From contig RDOE01000026.1 of assembly GCA_011364975.1 (NCBI GenBank), positions 1 to 39,906 of the forward strand: a stretch of 39,906 nt of DNA. Direction: 5' to 3'. Shown here in pieces: positions 1 through 9,269 of this stretch. The stretch comes from Promethearchaeota archaeon (GTDB lineage Archaea; Asgardarchaeota; Lokiarchaeia; Sigyniarchaeales; SOKP01). The notes below the pieces were generated by a model. That model ran no database searches and was not told the origin of the DNA. It saw only the letters and a program-made list of their open reading frames with translations. The translations under genes were made by a program, and so were the position numbers. Every line of letters starts with the position of its first letter. Positions within the stretch are counted from its first letter, which is position 1.

Positions 1-44
1 CTGCAGAGTTGTTTAGGGGAGTTCAAATCTCCCCTCTGGCTCCA
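1..44 (+). tRNA. tRNA-Cys(GCA), 3' part (5' end lies outside the window)
   Basis: Anticodon loop CT-GCA-GA (1-7), 4-nt variable loop, T arm GGGAG-TTCAAAT-CTCCC (17-33), acceptor 3' strand CTCTGGC, discriminator T (the Cys identity base U73) and encoded CCA at 42-44. Confidence 0.85.
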
Positions 45-121
45 AACACTCTCTCTAATTTCATCTAAGGTGAACATTAATAATCATAATCTTTTTCAAA
101 ATTAGATTTTTATTTTATAAT

Positions 122-1018
122 ATGGCCTTACAGAAAATAACTACAGGAAAGATTATTGATAAAAAAAAGAGAGGAGAAAAGATAATCACCATTACAGCAT
201 ATGATTATTCTTTTGCAAAAATAGTGGATGACTGTGGATTTGATCTTATACTTGTTGGAGACTCTCTTTCCATGGTATCACTGGGATATAATAACACACT
301 ATCAGTGAACATGGATGAGATGATTCATCATACAAAGGCAGTTTCACGTGGAGTTTCAAATGCTCTGATAGTTGGAGACATGCCATTTCTTTCCTATAAA
401 GTAGATAAAAATGACGCTGTAAAAAACGCGGGAAGATTTATCCAAGAAGGGGGTGCTGAAGCTGTTAAGGTTGAGGGAGGTACCGAAATCTGTCCTACAA
501 TAAAAGCTATTATTGATGCCGATATTCAAGTAATGGGTCATATCGGACTTACTCCTCAAGCAGTTTATAAATTTGGTGGATTTTTAGTGCAAGGGAAGAC
601 CGTTGAGGCTGCTAAAAAATTAATAATCGATGCTAAAAACTTAGAAAAACAAGGTGTATTTTCGATAGTATTGGAAAGTATTCCTTGGCAAATTGCAAAA
701 CTTATTACTAACTCAGTGGACATTCCAACTATAGGAATTGGTGCTGGTTCATATTGTGATGGACAAATAATTGTTATTTATGATATGTTAGGATTGTCTA
801 CTGATATTAAACCCAAATTTCTAAAATATTTCGGAAATATTGGCGATAATATCCGATCTGCTTTAAAAAATTATCGAGATGAAGTGAATCAATCTTTGTA
901 TCCAGATAAAGAACATTCATACGAATTTCCCACAGAAGAATTAGATTTAATAAATGAATGGTTTGAAAAGGTCGATCTTGATAAAGAAACAGTTAATAAT
1001 AAAACACGTCTTACTTAA
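122..1018 (+). CDS. panB: 3-methyl-2-oxobutanoate (ketopantoate) hydroxymethyltransferase
   Basis: TAYD, ILVGDSL, VGDMPF, AVKVEGG, MGHIGLTPQ and TIGIGAG..CDGQ motifs typical of PanB. Confidence 0.96.
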   Translation: MALQKITTGKIIDKKKRGEKIITITAYDYSFAKIVDDCGFDLILVGDSLSMVSLGYNNTLSVNMDEMIHHTKAVSRGVSNALIVGDMPFLSYKVDKNDAVKNAGRFIQEGGAEAVKVEGGTEICPTIKAIIDADIQVMGHIGLTPQAVYKFGGFLVQGKTVEAAKKLIIDAKNLEKQGVFSIVLESIPWQIAKLITNSVDIPTIGIGAGSYCDGQIIVIYDMLGLSTDIKPKFLKYFGNIGDNIRSALKNYRDEVNQSLYPDKEHSYEFPTEELDLINEWFEKVDLDKETVNNKTRLT

Positions 1019-1228
1019 GTAATCTATAAGGTATAAATTTTAAAGAATATTCTTGTTAAATTTGAAATTTAGAGGATAAACAAATTATCAATAATATATA
1101 CAATATAGTTAGTTATCATCCAAAAGTATAATTAAATATATTTTTATTTATTATATTAACATAAAGTAATATGATTTTTCTCTTTAAAATAAAGAATTAA
1201 GATATAATAACTTTAAGCATGATCAACT

Positions 1229-2944
1229 ATGGCAGAAGAATATGATTATCTATTTAAATCAATAGTAGTCGGTGATGGTGGCGTTGGAAAGACTGCTCTA
1301 ACTCTTCGTTTCTCAAAAGGTTTCTTCACTGAAGATTATAAAATGACTATTGGCGTTGATTTTCATGTTAAAACCATTTCTATAGATACAAATGAGGGTT
1401 CAATTAAATGTAAACTCCAATTATGGGATACAGGAGGACAAGAACGATTTAGCTCTATTAGACCAATGTATTATAGAGGGTCTTTAGGAGTAGTGTTAGT
1501 TTTTGATCTTACCAATTCTGATAGTTTTGAACATTTGCCACAATGGATTGAAGAAGTTAGAGCAAATGTTAAAGCTGAAATACCATTGCTGTTAGTAGGA
1601 AATAAGAGTGACTTATTAGAGCAAAGAGCTGTGACTATGGAAGAGATCAATAGATTTACAAGAGATTTTAACTTATATTATATGGAAACCTCTGCTAAAA
1701 CAGGAGATGGTGTTGGAGATTGCTTTTATATTTTAGCTTGCTTAATGATCGGACAAGGAGTTCCCGAACAATTGATTGCTAATGAAACCGTTTTTAGTCC
1801 GGGACAGATAACAATCGAAGCCCAAGAAATGGCTACTCCAAGTTATCCTTCTACTAATACCCAAATAGACTATGTGGCACCACCAGTTCCTGAACCTGAT
1901 AATAATGAATTCGTGAATTTACCATCTACGATCAAGTTTGATTCAGATTTTGAATTTGAGGCACCTCCAGTGCCAGAACCTGAGTTAATTGAAAAACCTA
2001 AGCCAATAACTAGTTTTAAATTGGAATCTGATTTTGAGTATGAGGCACCACCAGTTCCGGAACCATCACAAAGAAAACATATAGAAACACCTCAAACCAC
2101 AGATTCTACTCTAATGCCCAAGATTGAGATACCAGAACCTAATGATATTGAATTTAAAATGCCCGATGAAATTTTATCTGAAAAATCAGAACAACCTCCA
2201 CCAAAAACAAGAACTTCCTTGTTTTTTGATACAAAGTCAGAAGAAAGTGCAAAATATGTGCCAAAAGCCATCCCATTTTCCTCAAATCTCCCTACTCCAG
2301 TTCCAGCCCCAGAAGAATTTCAATTATTACAAACTAAGAAATCCACTCAATCACCACCATCCCAAGAGATTGAATCTGAGTCTTTAGTGGATTATATGCC
2401 TGATGTCATTCTTTCTAAAAAAGAAAGGAAGAGATTAGCTAAAGAACAAAAAAAATTGGAAAAGGAGAAGTTGAAAGTAGAAAAAGAGAAGAAAATTGAG
2501 GAAGAGAAGCAAAAACAAAATAAATTATTAGAGGATATGAAGAAAACCAAAAAGGATAAAAAAGAAAAACCTCAAACGGAACCTTTCTTAACTTATCCAA
2601 CAACCTCTCAAACAACCACCCCTACGAATCCTTTATTTCAAGCATTAAAGCAAAAACAAGAAGGAGAAATTGAAGAGCACCAAAAAAACTTTATACCTTT
2701 TTTTGCTACCCCCAAACCTCTTATTGCTAGTGAATCGAAAAAACAACAATCATCATCAACACTAAGAATTATTCCAAACATTAGTGATATTGAAAAAGAA
2801 TCACCAAGCTTCTTAGTACGACCTACATCCCAACCAGTTCCTAAAGAAGATTTAAAATCTAAAGATTTATTGATCTGTGAGCAATGTGGGGCGACTCTTT
2901 CCTCAGATTATGCTTTCTGTAATAAATGTGGTAATAAATTATAA
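1229..2944 (+). CDS. Rab-like small GTPase with a long Pro/acidic repeat tail, a Lys/Glu coiled coil and a C-terminal zinc ribbon
   Basis: G1 GDGGVGKT, switch I YKMTIGVDF, G3 WDTGGQERF, G4 NKSD, G5 ETSAK. C-terminus is CEQC-x10-CNKC. Confidence 0.92.
   Translation: MAEEYDYLFKSIVVGDGGVGKTALTLRFSKGFFTEDYKMTIGVDFHVKTISIDTNEGSIKCKLQLWDTGGQERFSSIRPMYYRGSLGVVLVFDLTNSDSFEHLPQWIEEVRANVKAEIPLLLVGNKSDLLEQRAVTMEEINRFTRDFNLYYMETSAKTGDGVGDCFYILACLMIGQGVPEQLIANETVFSPGQITIEAQEMATPSYPSTNTQIDYVAPPVPEPDNNEFVNLPSTIKFDSDFEFEAPPVPEPELIEKPKPITSFKLESDFEYEAPPVPEPSQRKHIETPQTTDSTLMPKIEIPEPNDIEFKMPDEILSEKSEQPPPKTRTSLFFDTKSEESAKYVPKAIPFSSNLPTPVPAPEEFQLLQTKKSTQSPPSQEIESESLVDYMPDVILSKKERKRLAKEQKKLEKEKLKVEKEKKIEEEKQKQNKLLEDMKKTKKDKKEKPQTEPFLTYPTTSQTTTPTNPLFQALKQKQEGEIEEHQKNFIPFFATPKPLIASESKKQQSSSTLRIIPNISDIEKESPSFLVRPTSQPVPKEDLKSKDLLICEQCGATLSSDYAFCNKCGNKL
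1868..2065 (+). repeat. Intragenic repeat: three APPVPEP units at an exact 84-nt (28-aa) period
   Basis: DYVAPPVPEP, DSDFEFEAPPVPEP and ESDFEYEAPPVPEP end at 1897, 1981 and 2065. The DNA cores gcacc(a/t)ccagt(t/g)cc(t/a/g)gaacc differ only at synonymous sites. Confidence 0.9.
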
Positions 2945-2989
2945 TCTTTCAAGATCTTTAAAAAACGTTAATTAAAAAAATACTATTAC

Positions 2990-3805
2990 TTATAGATTTT
3001 TACCACATATTGGGCAAATACTCCACATTTTCTTAATTTTTGAATTACAATAAGGACACACTTTCAGATCGGGGTCAATTTCAACTTGAGGCACACCAAA
3101 AATAGTAACATTTTTTTCAAAATGATAATCTTCAGGATCAGAAGGTGGTTGGATTTTCGCTGGAGGAATAACATTTTCTGATTGAACCTTAAGGACATTT
3201 CTATCAAGATCTTTATTTGAAGGGATAAAATATTCATTACCTTGTATCAATTCTTGTTGGGAATTTTGGTATTTAAATTTTGAATCACTAAGAATATCTT
3301 CATCATAAGTTTCATAACTTACATTATTGGGGGGCTTAACTTGTTCTTCTTGTTCTTTATATTCAATAGGCATGCCAACTTTATAGAAAAAGTAATTTCC
3401 TTCATTATTTTCGATAATTATATTTCCATTTTCTAAATAAACGCGTATGTAATAAATAATGGTAATGCCTGTAGGAACATCAGCAATTTCTGCGATAAAA
3501 TAATCTTGTTTATTTTCCATTTTCATTTGATACCATGATTTCCCATGATCAGCACTAAATATTAATTGAACAAGCTGTAAAGACCTATCAAAATCTTCTT
3601 CAGTTATTTTTACAACTATTTTAATATTTTTTTTCGATTTATCCTCTTGATCCAGAACTTTTTCCGCTTCACCAAAATCCCAAGCAGCACCACATTTAGG
3701 ACAATTAGTAAACCAATTTGGATATTCAAATTTACACTGAGAACAAGTTTTTGTAAAATATCGTGTAGTTTTTATTCCAATTGTTTTCTTTTTTTGTTTT
3801 GCCAT
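2990..3805 (-). CDS. Hypothetical protein with N- and C-terminal zinc ribbons and a central beta-rich (Ig-like?) domain
   Basis: CSQC-x10-CPKC near the N-terminus and CPYC-x10-CPIC at the C-terminus. The central segment LIFSADHGKSWYQMKM..YFIAEI..IIYYIRV has a beta-strand pattern. Confidence 0.8.
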   Translation of the reverse strand: MAKQKKKTIGIKTTRYFTKTCSQCKFEYPNWFTNCPKCGAAWDFGEAEKVLDQEDKSKKNIKIVVKITEEDFDRSLQLVQLIFSADHGKSWYQMKMENKQDYFIAEIADVPTGITIIYYIRVYLENGNIIIENNEGNYFFYKVGMPIEYKEQEEQVKPPNNVSYETYDEDILSDSKFKYQNSQQELIQGNEYFIPSNKDLDRNVLKVQSENVIPPAKIQPPSDPEDYHFEKNVTIFGVPQVEIDPDLKVCPYCNSKIKKMWSICPICGKNL

Positions 3806-3961
3806 TCTCTAATTCATTATCCGAGAAAATTTGTACCCAAATAAGTCTATATAATGTATTAAATTATTTTTAGATTTATAAATATATTTCTGAAACATTT
3901 TATAAAATTCTTATTTTCTTATAATAATTATAAGTAATAAATATACTCAAAAATATAACAA

Positions 3962-4570
3962 ATGTCAAATAAAATTGATGATGCTGAAATTAAAGCTTTA
4001 TTGTCAACTTTAGATGATTTGATTGATATGAAAATCCTTTTTAGAAAATTAGCCCCAAATTATACTTTAGATAAAGAATGCAATCAACAATTCCTCTCAA
4101 TTCTCGAATCTTTATACTTAAAATTCCAACCCCTATTCTCAAAATTTTTAAATCAAGATCATACGGTTGGGGATAAACAGAGCAATGCAAAAGAATTTTT
4201 AGAGCAAATTAAAGAAAAAAAATCACACGTCTTAGTTTCTGCTAATTCCTCTAAAAAGGTTTTAAAAAAATGGGGTATTCTCCCACAAAATATCATTGTT
4301 AGTGGAGGACCATTGATATTTGAAGATTTTAAGAAAGTAAATCCTAATATTTCTGATGAGCGATTGTCTGGTGTTAAAAAAAAGTGTAATCACCTACTAA
4401 AGCTCCTTCAAAGTAATAAGTTGAGAGGAGAGGATGTAATTTTTATCTATGAAATACAGAATCTTACTGATAAAATAATATTAGATGAATTAAACACTAA
4501 TATTGATTTGATTGATAAGCATATTCAGCTATATAGGATACCTTCCTGGAAATTGTTCGAAAAAAACTAG
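3962..4570 (+). CDS. Conserved archaeal protein, DUF2100-like
   Basis: VLVSANSSKKVLK..PQNIIVSGGPL..EDFKKVNPNI resembles DUF2100 proteins as recalled; not searched. Confidence 0.7.
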   Translation: MSNKIDDAEIKALLSTLDDLIDMKILFRKLAPNYTLDKECNQQFLSILESLYLKFQPLFSKFLNQDHTVGDKQSNAKEFLEQIKEKKSHVLVSANSSKKVLKKWGILPQNIIVSGGPLIFEDFKKVNPNISDERLSGVKKKCNHLLKLLQSNKLRGEDVIFIYEIQNLTDKIILDELNTNIDLIDKHIQLYRIPSWKLFEKN

Positions 4571-5748
4571 CAGGTTAATTTTAAATCCTTAACAACTATT
4601 TCAAGGTCGTCTGTAAACTTTATCAAATGCGCCCTAGTTACATGAGGCATTACTACTACTCTAATTAAATTGAAATCTTCAAACTTACCTAACATCCAAC
4701 CTTTCTTACGTAATCTTGAATCAAGATCACAAATACTTTTCCCATTTTCTGTAGTAATGCCAACAACATTCATAATTGGATTTACCGATAATTTTATCCC
4801 CTCAATTTCAGAAATACGTTGAGTGAGATATTGAGTATTATTCATACAATTTTTAATAACATTCTTAAAACCATTTATCCCTAAAGAACGTAAAACTACC
4901 CAAAAAGCTATTACTGAAGCTCCGGGACGAGTACCGACTATATGAAAATGTTTAAAGTTCCCTCCTGCAAGATAAGGTATCTCGAATCCTGTTTTTTCTA
5001 AAATTTCACCATTTTTTAAGAAAAACCCACCCGAAGGAATAACTCCTAATCCCATTTTATGGGGGTCTGCCGTAAGTGAATCTACATTCTTCACGGAAAA
5101 ATCCCAAGGGGGAATTTTTTTATTTAGTAAATTTAAAAAGGGTAATACGAATCCTCCAAATGCGGCATCCACGTGAAAAAAAATATTCTTATCTTCAATA
5201 ATATTACCAATTTCTCCTATAGGATCAACAATTCCTAATGAAGTAGTTCCCGCTACAGCTACAACTCCGCAGGTATTATCATTAATAAGGCTTGAAAAAT
5301 GGTCTAAATCTAATTCAAAATTAGATTTTAAGTTTACTTTACGTAATCTAATGTCTAATAAATCAGCAGCTTTATCAAAGGAAACATGAGCAGAGGTTGG
5401 AACAACAACTTCTGGAGATTTGATCTCTGGATGCAACTTCTTAGCAATTCTCATTGCGATTAAATTAGCCTCTGATCCTCCGGTTGTAAAAGTTCCTATA
5501 AGATTATTTCCATGAAATAATTCACCAAGTTCCTTAATTACTTCCTGCTCTAATTCAGTTGTACCTGAAAATAAACCGGGATCCCCTAAATTTTTAGAAA
5601 TATACTTTATGTAAACTTCTTTAGCTAATTCGAAGGGTTCAGTACACATCGAGCCTAAGATTGAACCTGAATCATAAGTTAAATCTTTTGCTAATTTTTC
5701 ATCCAATAATTTAAGTATTTCCTGTTTACTAAGACCATTTTCTTGCAT
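4567..5748 (-). CDS. mfnA: PLP-dependent L-tyrosine/L-aspartate decarboxylase
   Basis: ILGSMCTEP, NLGDPGLF, GGSEAN, HVDAAFGG, PLP lysine in DPHKMG, GTRPGA. Confidence 0.92.
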   Translation of the reverse strand: MQENGLSKQEILKLLDEKLAKDLTYDSGSILGSMCTEPFELAKEVYIKYISKNLGDPGLFSGTTELEQEVIKELGELFHGNNLIGTFTTGGSEANLIAMRIAKKLHPEIKSPEVVVPTSAHVSFDKAADLLDIRLRKVNLKSNFELDLDHFSSLINDNTCGVVAVAGTTSLGIVDPIGEIGNIIEDKNIFFHVDAAFGGFVLPFLNLLNKKIPPWDFSVKNVDSLTADPHKMGLGVIPSGGFFLKNGEILEKTGFEIPYLAGGNFKHFHIVGTRPGASVIAFWVVLRSLGINGFKNVIKNCMNNTQYLTQRISEIEGIKLSVNPIMNVVGITTENGKSICDLDSRLRKKGWMLGKFEDFNLIRVVVMPHVTRAHLIKFTDDLEIVVKDLKLTC

Positions 5749-5913
5749 TTTTTTAATAATAATTAATCCTTTTTATTATCCTTTCCGTCTAAATTATTAA
5801 TTAAAACTATTTAAAAAATTAAAATTTTAAGATTATATCTACAAACTTAATAAGCTTTTTACATATAATGCGATTGTAATAATGGAATCTCAACTTAATA
5901 CCAACCCTATCAT

Positions 5914-6231
5914 TTATAAAAATCGTTTTGAATCTCTGTTTATTATTTTTTTTATTGAATTATCTAATTTCTTCGCAATATCTATATTATAATAATTTGC
6001 AATACATATTAAAGCATAAAAAATATCAGCAATCTCTTCTCCAAGATTTAACGACTCCTCATTCAGTTTAGCAGGTTTAAAACCCTCTAAATTATTAATA
6101 ATTCGGGCTAACTCTCCTATTTCCTCTATTAAAGCCCCTAACATAGATAATGGTGGCCAATAACCCCCGTGTTTGTGGATCCAATTATTAATTTTCAATT
6201 GATACTCTTTAATTGAGGATTCATTCTTCAT
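5914..6231 (-). CDS. MazG-like nucleotide pyrophosphohydrolase (YpjD-type)
   Basis: GGYWPPLS..LIEEIGELAR..LGEEIAD acidic motif. Confidence 0.88.
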   Translation of the reverse strand: MKNESSIKEYQLKINNWIHKHGGYWPPLSMLGALIEEIGELARIINNLEGFKPAKLNEESLNLGEEIADIFYALICIANYYNIDIAKKLDNSIKKIINRDSKRFL

Positions 6232-6344
6232 AGGAGAAATACAATAAAGGATTCCCTAAAAAAATTGGGATGAGGAAAAACTATTGTTCCTCATATTAAT
6301 ACATTCCAAAAATCATAATTTTTAAGGTTAAAAAAAGGTATTCT

Positions 6345-8489
6345 TTAAAAAACGGTATTATATCTTATCCTCCCTCGCCATTCAGCTAATTTTCCTGGAT
6401 TATATCTATTCACTTCGCTGTAATATCCTGTAATTCTGGAATATATTTTTACCTCTTTAGTATAACATTGGGGGCATGACCATTGACCTCCCCTAAACAT
6501 TGTTCTACAAGAAGGACAATAGGTAAAATCGGTAGTATACGCAAAATAGGCCGTATTTGTGTTGCAACAAATGTTTTTGGTAAGCTCCCACAAACCCTTT
6601 ATGTCTGGTTTCTGCTCTCCTAACCAAATGTGAGTAATAACACCACCATTTACAATAGGATGGAAATCTCCTTGCTTTCTAATTCGTTCGTATAATGGAA
6701 TGTCCGCATCATATCTTAAATGGCTTGAATTGGTATAATATACAGATTTTCCGCTTGATTGAGGAAGAGCTTTTTTAGGGAAATGTTTTAAATCCAATCT
6801 TGCAAAACGTCCAGAGGAGCTTTCAGAAGGTTGTTCCCATAGCGAATATAGCTTTCCATCTCTCTCTGTCATGGAATTGCACTTTGCGACCATATATTCA
6901 AGAATATGTTTTCCTAAATCATAAGCACTTTCATTTTCATGTAACTCAAAATTAGTAAGGCTTTTTACTGCTTCATTTAATCCAGTAAATCCAACTGAGA
7001 GGTTTTGATCCTTTAAGTTAAATATAGGTTTACCATTAATGTTGCCACTACATAAAGGGAGATGACCTGTTTTCAGCCTTTTTTCAATTAAACTCCATTT
7101 TTTCCTTAATATTTTTGCTGCAAGCTCCATTTTCTCCTCTAAAATAGTAAAATAATCCTCCTCATTCTTTGAAAGATAAGCATATCTTGGTAAATTTAAA
7201 CTAACACTCTGTAAGGAACCAATTGTAACGTAATTCTCCCAAATGTTCACATTTTTTCTTTTTTCTGGGTCTAAAATGCATTGTTGAATGATTTGATTTC
7301 CACTCAAGAACTTTCGACAACATTGACTATGAATTTCATCAGGCATCCAATCGGGACACATATTGAGAAAATAGGGGGTACCCATAGTTGCGACTTCTTC
7401 CATGATTTTTAAGTAAGAAGTTTCAAATTCTGAAAGCCATTCTTTTTTAACCTTAATCTCATGTTTAGGGAATGCGAATAACTTTCCATTATGATCACCT
7501 TGAATATAGACCTCTGTTAATGCATCAAACAGTTCAAGGCATTCATTTGAAAAATCTCCATATTTTCCTACAACTTTCCCATGGCATCCGATTGCAGGAA
7601 TATCAACCAAACCATCTGGTATTGTCGGTGTACATGAAATTGAGGTAAACGGAACCTGTCCACCACGTGCAGCAAAAATTTGGTTTGTTTCAAAAATTAA
7701 ACATTGCATGGATTGCTCAATTTCTCTTTTCGATAAACCTCTTGCATAAGGTGCTAGGAATGTCGTAATGTAATCGTATCCTTGCCCTCCTGAAAATTCA
7801 CCTTGAATAATTCCCAACCATTTTGCCAAATGAGTAACTGCAACCCTTAAACTACCAGCAGGTCCAGATTTACTACAATGTGCCCAACTTTCTACCGGTG
7901 GCAATCCGTGTTCTAGTATCATACGAGGGTCCCATTCCTGACAGAAAGGTCGTAAATCAAAATACCTAAGCATATGGACGTGAATGTCTCCGTAAAGGTG
8001 AGCATGAGCTTCCTCTGAATCCAAGATTCGAAGGAGAGCATATTCATCAGAAATTCGATTTGCTGCCCAGTGATGAATACTTTCTGGATTAATATCTTGG
8101 TTAGCATTCTCATCTATTCCACTATCTAATATTTCTTCATAGTCCATTAATGGCATACCTATTCTTGTATATAATTTTCGTTCTTCTTCATAATGCTGTT
8201 CTGCTAAAATTGAACACACCATTTCTCTAATATGGGGTCCTGAAAGAAATTTTATTCCGGAAGATATTATTCTTCTTACCACACTTTCCGTTATTTTATT
8301 AGCAGAATCACGATCTAAACCTGTTTCTTTACTAATACTTAATTCGATAATTACGGGATTAAAAGGTACAACATCACCTTCAGTTCTGAATACTCTTGGT
8401 AATAAATTCTTTAGATATTCATGTTTAAGCTTATCAGAGTTTTCTTTTTTATTAATTTCAGATTTTGGTATTATTTCCATATGAATCAT
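6345..8489 (-). CDS. nrdD: Anaerobic (class III) ribonucleoside-triphosphate reductase with N-terminal ATP cone
   Basis: ATP-cone-like start (VFRTEGDVVPFN), GDIHVH, FSGGQG, RGGQVPF, active-site QCCR, YYTNSSH, C-terminal CxxC-CxxC and glycyl-radical motif SRITGYY. Confidence 0.95.
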   Translation of the reverse strand: MIHMEIIPKSEINKKENSDKLKHEYLKNLLPRVFRTEGDVVPFNPVIIELSISKETGLDRDSANKITESVVRRIISSGIKFLSGPHIREMVCSILAEQHYEEERKLYTRIGMPLMDYEEILDSGIDENANQDINPESIHHWAANRISDEYALLRILDSEEAHAHLYGDIHVHMLRYFDLRPFCQEWDPRMILEHGLPPVESWAHCSKSGPAGSLRVAVTHLAKWLGIIQGEFSGGQGYDYITTFLAPYARGLSKREIEQSMQCLIFETNQIFAARGGQVPFTSISCTPTIPDGLVDIPAIGCHGKVVGKYGDFSNECLELFDALTEVYIQGDHNGKLFAFPKHEIKVKKEWLSEFETSYLKIMEEVATMGTPYFLNMCPDWMPDEIHSQCCRKFLSGNQIIQQCILDPEKRKNVNIWENYVTIGSLQSVSLNLPRYAYLSKNEEDYFTILEEKMELAAKILRKKWSLIEKRLKTGHLPLCSGNINGKPIFNLKDQNLSVGFTGLNEAVKSLTNFELHENESAYDLGKHILEYMVAKCNSMTERDGKLYSLWEQPSESSSGRFARLDLKHFPKKALPQSSGKSVYYTNSSHLRYDADIPLYERIRKQGDFHPIVNGGVITHIWLGEQKPDIKGLWELTKNICCNTNTAYFAYTTDFTYCPSCRTMFRGGQWSCPQCYTKEVKIYSRITGYYSEVNRYNPGKLAEWRGRIRYNTVF

Positions 8490-8894
8490 TTCTCACAATT
8501 ATATTATTATATTCTTGTTCTCAAGAAATCAATATTATACTTAAATTAACAACATTATTTTGTCGGTTTTGTAAACCGAGAGAAATTAATTATTAAAACC
8601 CAGTTATTATTAAAATTTTTCCTCTTTTGATATAAAAATTTATAGTTTTTTCCAATATAAAGTTACTTTATTAATTAATCACTTCTAATTTAGTCCATGT
8701 CTTCACTATCTCACGATAAATTGTTTATTAAGATAAAGAAATCTTAAAACTACAATTCAAATTTTATATTTGTATTCCTAATTAAATATTGTCGACTGGG
8801 TCGATTTTATAATTTTTAATTTTCATTTCTAAAGTTTTCCAATTTTAGTATAAGACAATATTTAAATTTAAATAAAATATAAAAAGAGCTTATA

Positions 8895-9236
8895 ATGAAT
8901 CGTAAAAAAAAGAATTATCTTATAAGTAAGGATACAATAAGCCCAGTAGAAGCATTAAAGGGGATCTATAGAAGAACATTGGTATATAATGAGAAGATTA
9001 TGTTATGCTATTTTCGCCTAAATAAAGGGTCTGAAGTTCCCCTCCATTCTCATGAACAACATCAAGTAGGTTATGTAATTAAAGGAAAATTGAATTTCTT
9101 TACATCTGATTATCAATTTATAGCTAAAAAAGGAGATAGTTACATTTTTGATTCCAATGAAGAACATGGAGCAAGAGTGTTAACCGATTCAGAAGTAATA
9201 GATATATTTTCCCCTTCTAGGGAAGACTATATTTAG
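8895..9236 (+). CDS. Cupin domain protein
   Basis: PLHSHEQHQVGYV, GDSYIFDSNEEHG and DIFSPSREDY cupin_2 pattern. Confidence 0.88.
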   Translation: MNRKKKNYLISKDTISPVEALKGIYRRTLVYNEKIMLCYFRLNKGSEVPLHSHEQHQVGYVIKGKLNFFTSDYQFIAKKGDSYIFDSNEEHGARVLTDSEVIDIFSPSREDYI

Positions 9237-9269
9237 AATAATCCTTATCAAAGGATAACAATGAAAAAC

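Noticed and set aside
1-44. Possible tRNA-Sec or other long-arm tRNA at the left edge
   Set aside because: The loop reads CT-GCA-GA with a 4-nt variable region and U73, which is an ordinary tRNA-Cys.
1868-2065. CRISPR-like array interpretation of the 84-nt periodic repeat
   Set aside because: The repeats lie in frame within a CDS, vary at synonymous positions, and no cas genes are present.
356-3844. Short ORFs 356-559(-), 2124-2387(+) and 3647-3844(+)
   Set aside because: They are shadow or alternative frames inside panB, the Rab gene and the zinc-ribbon gene, with no motifs.
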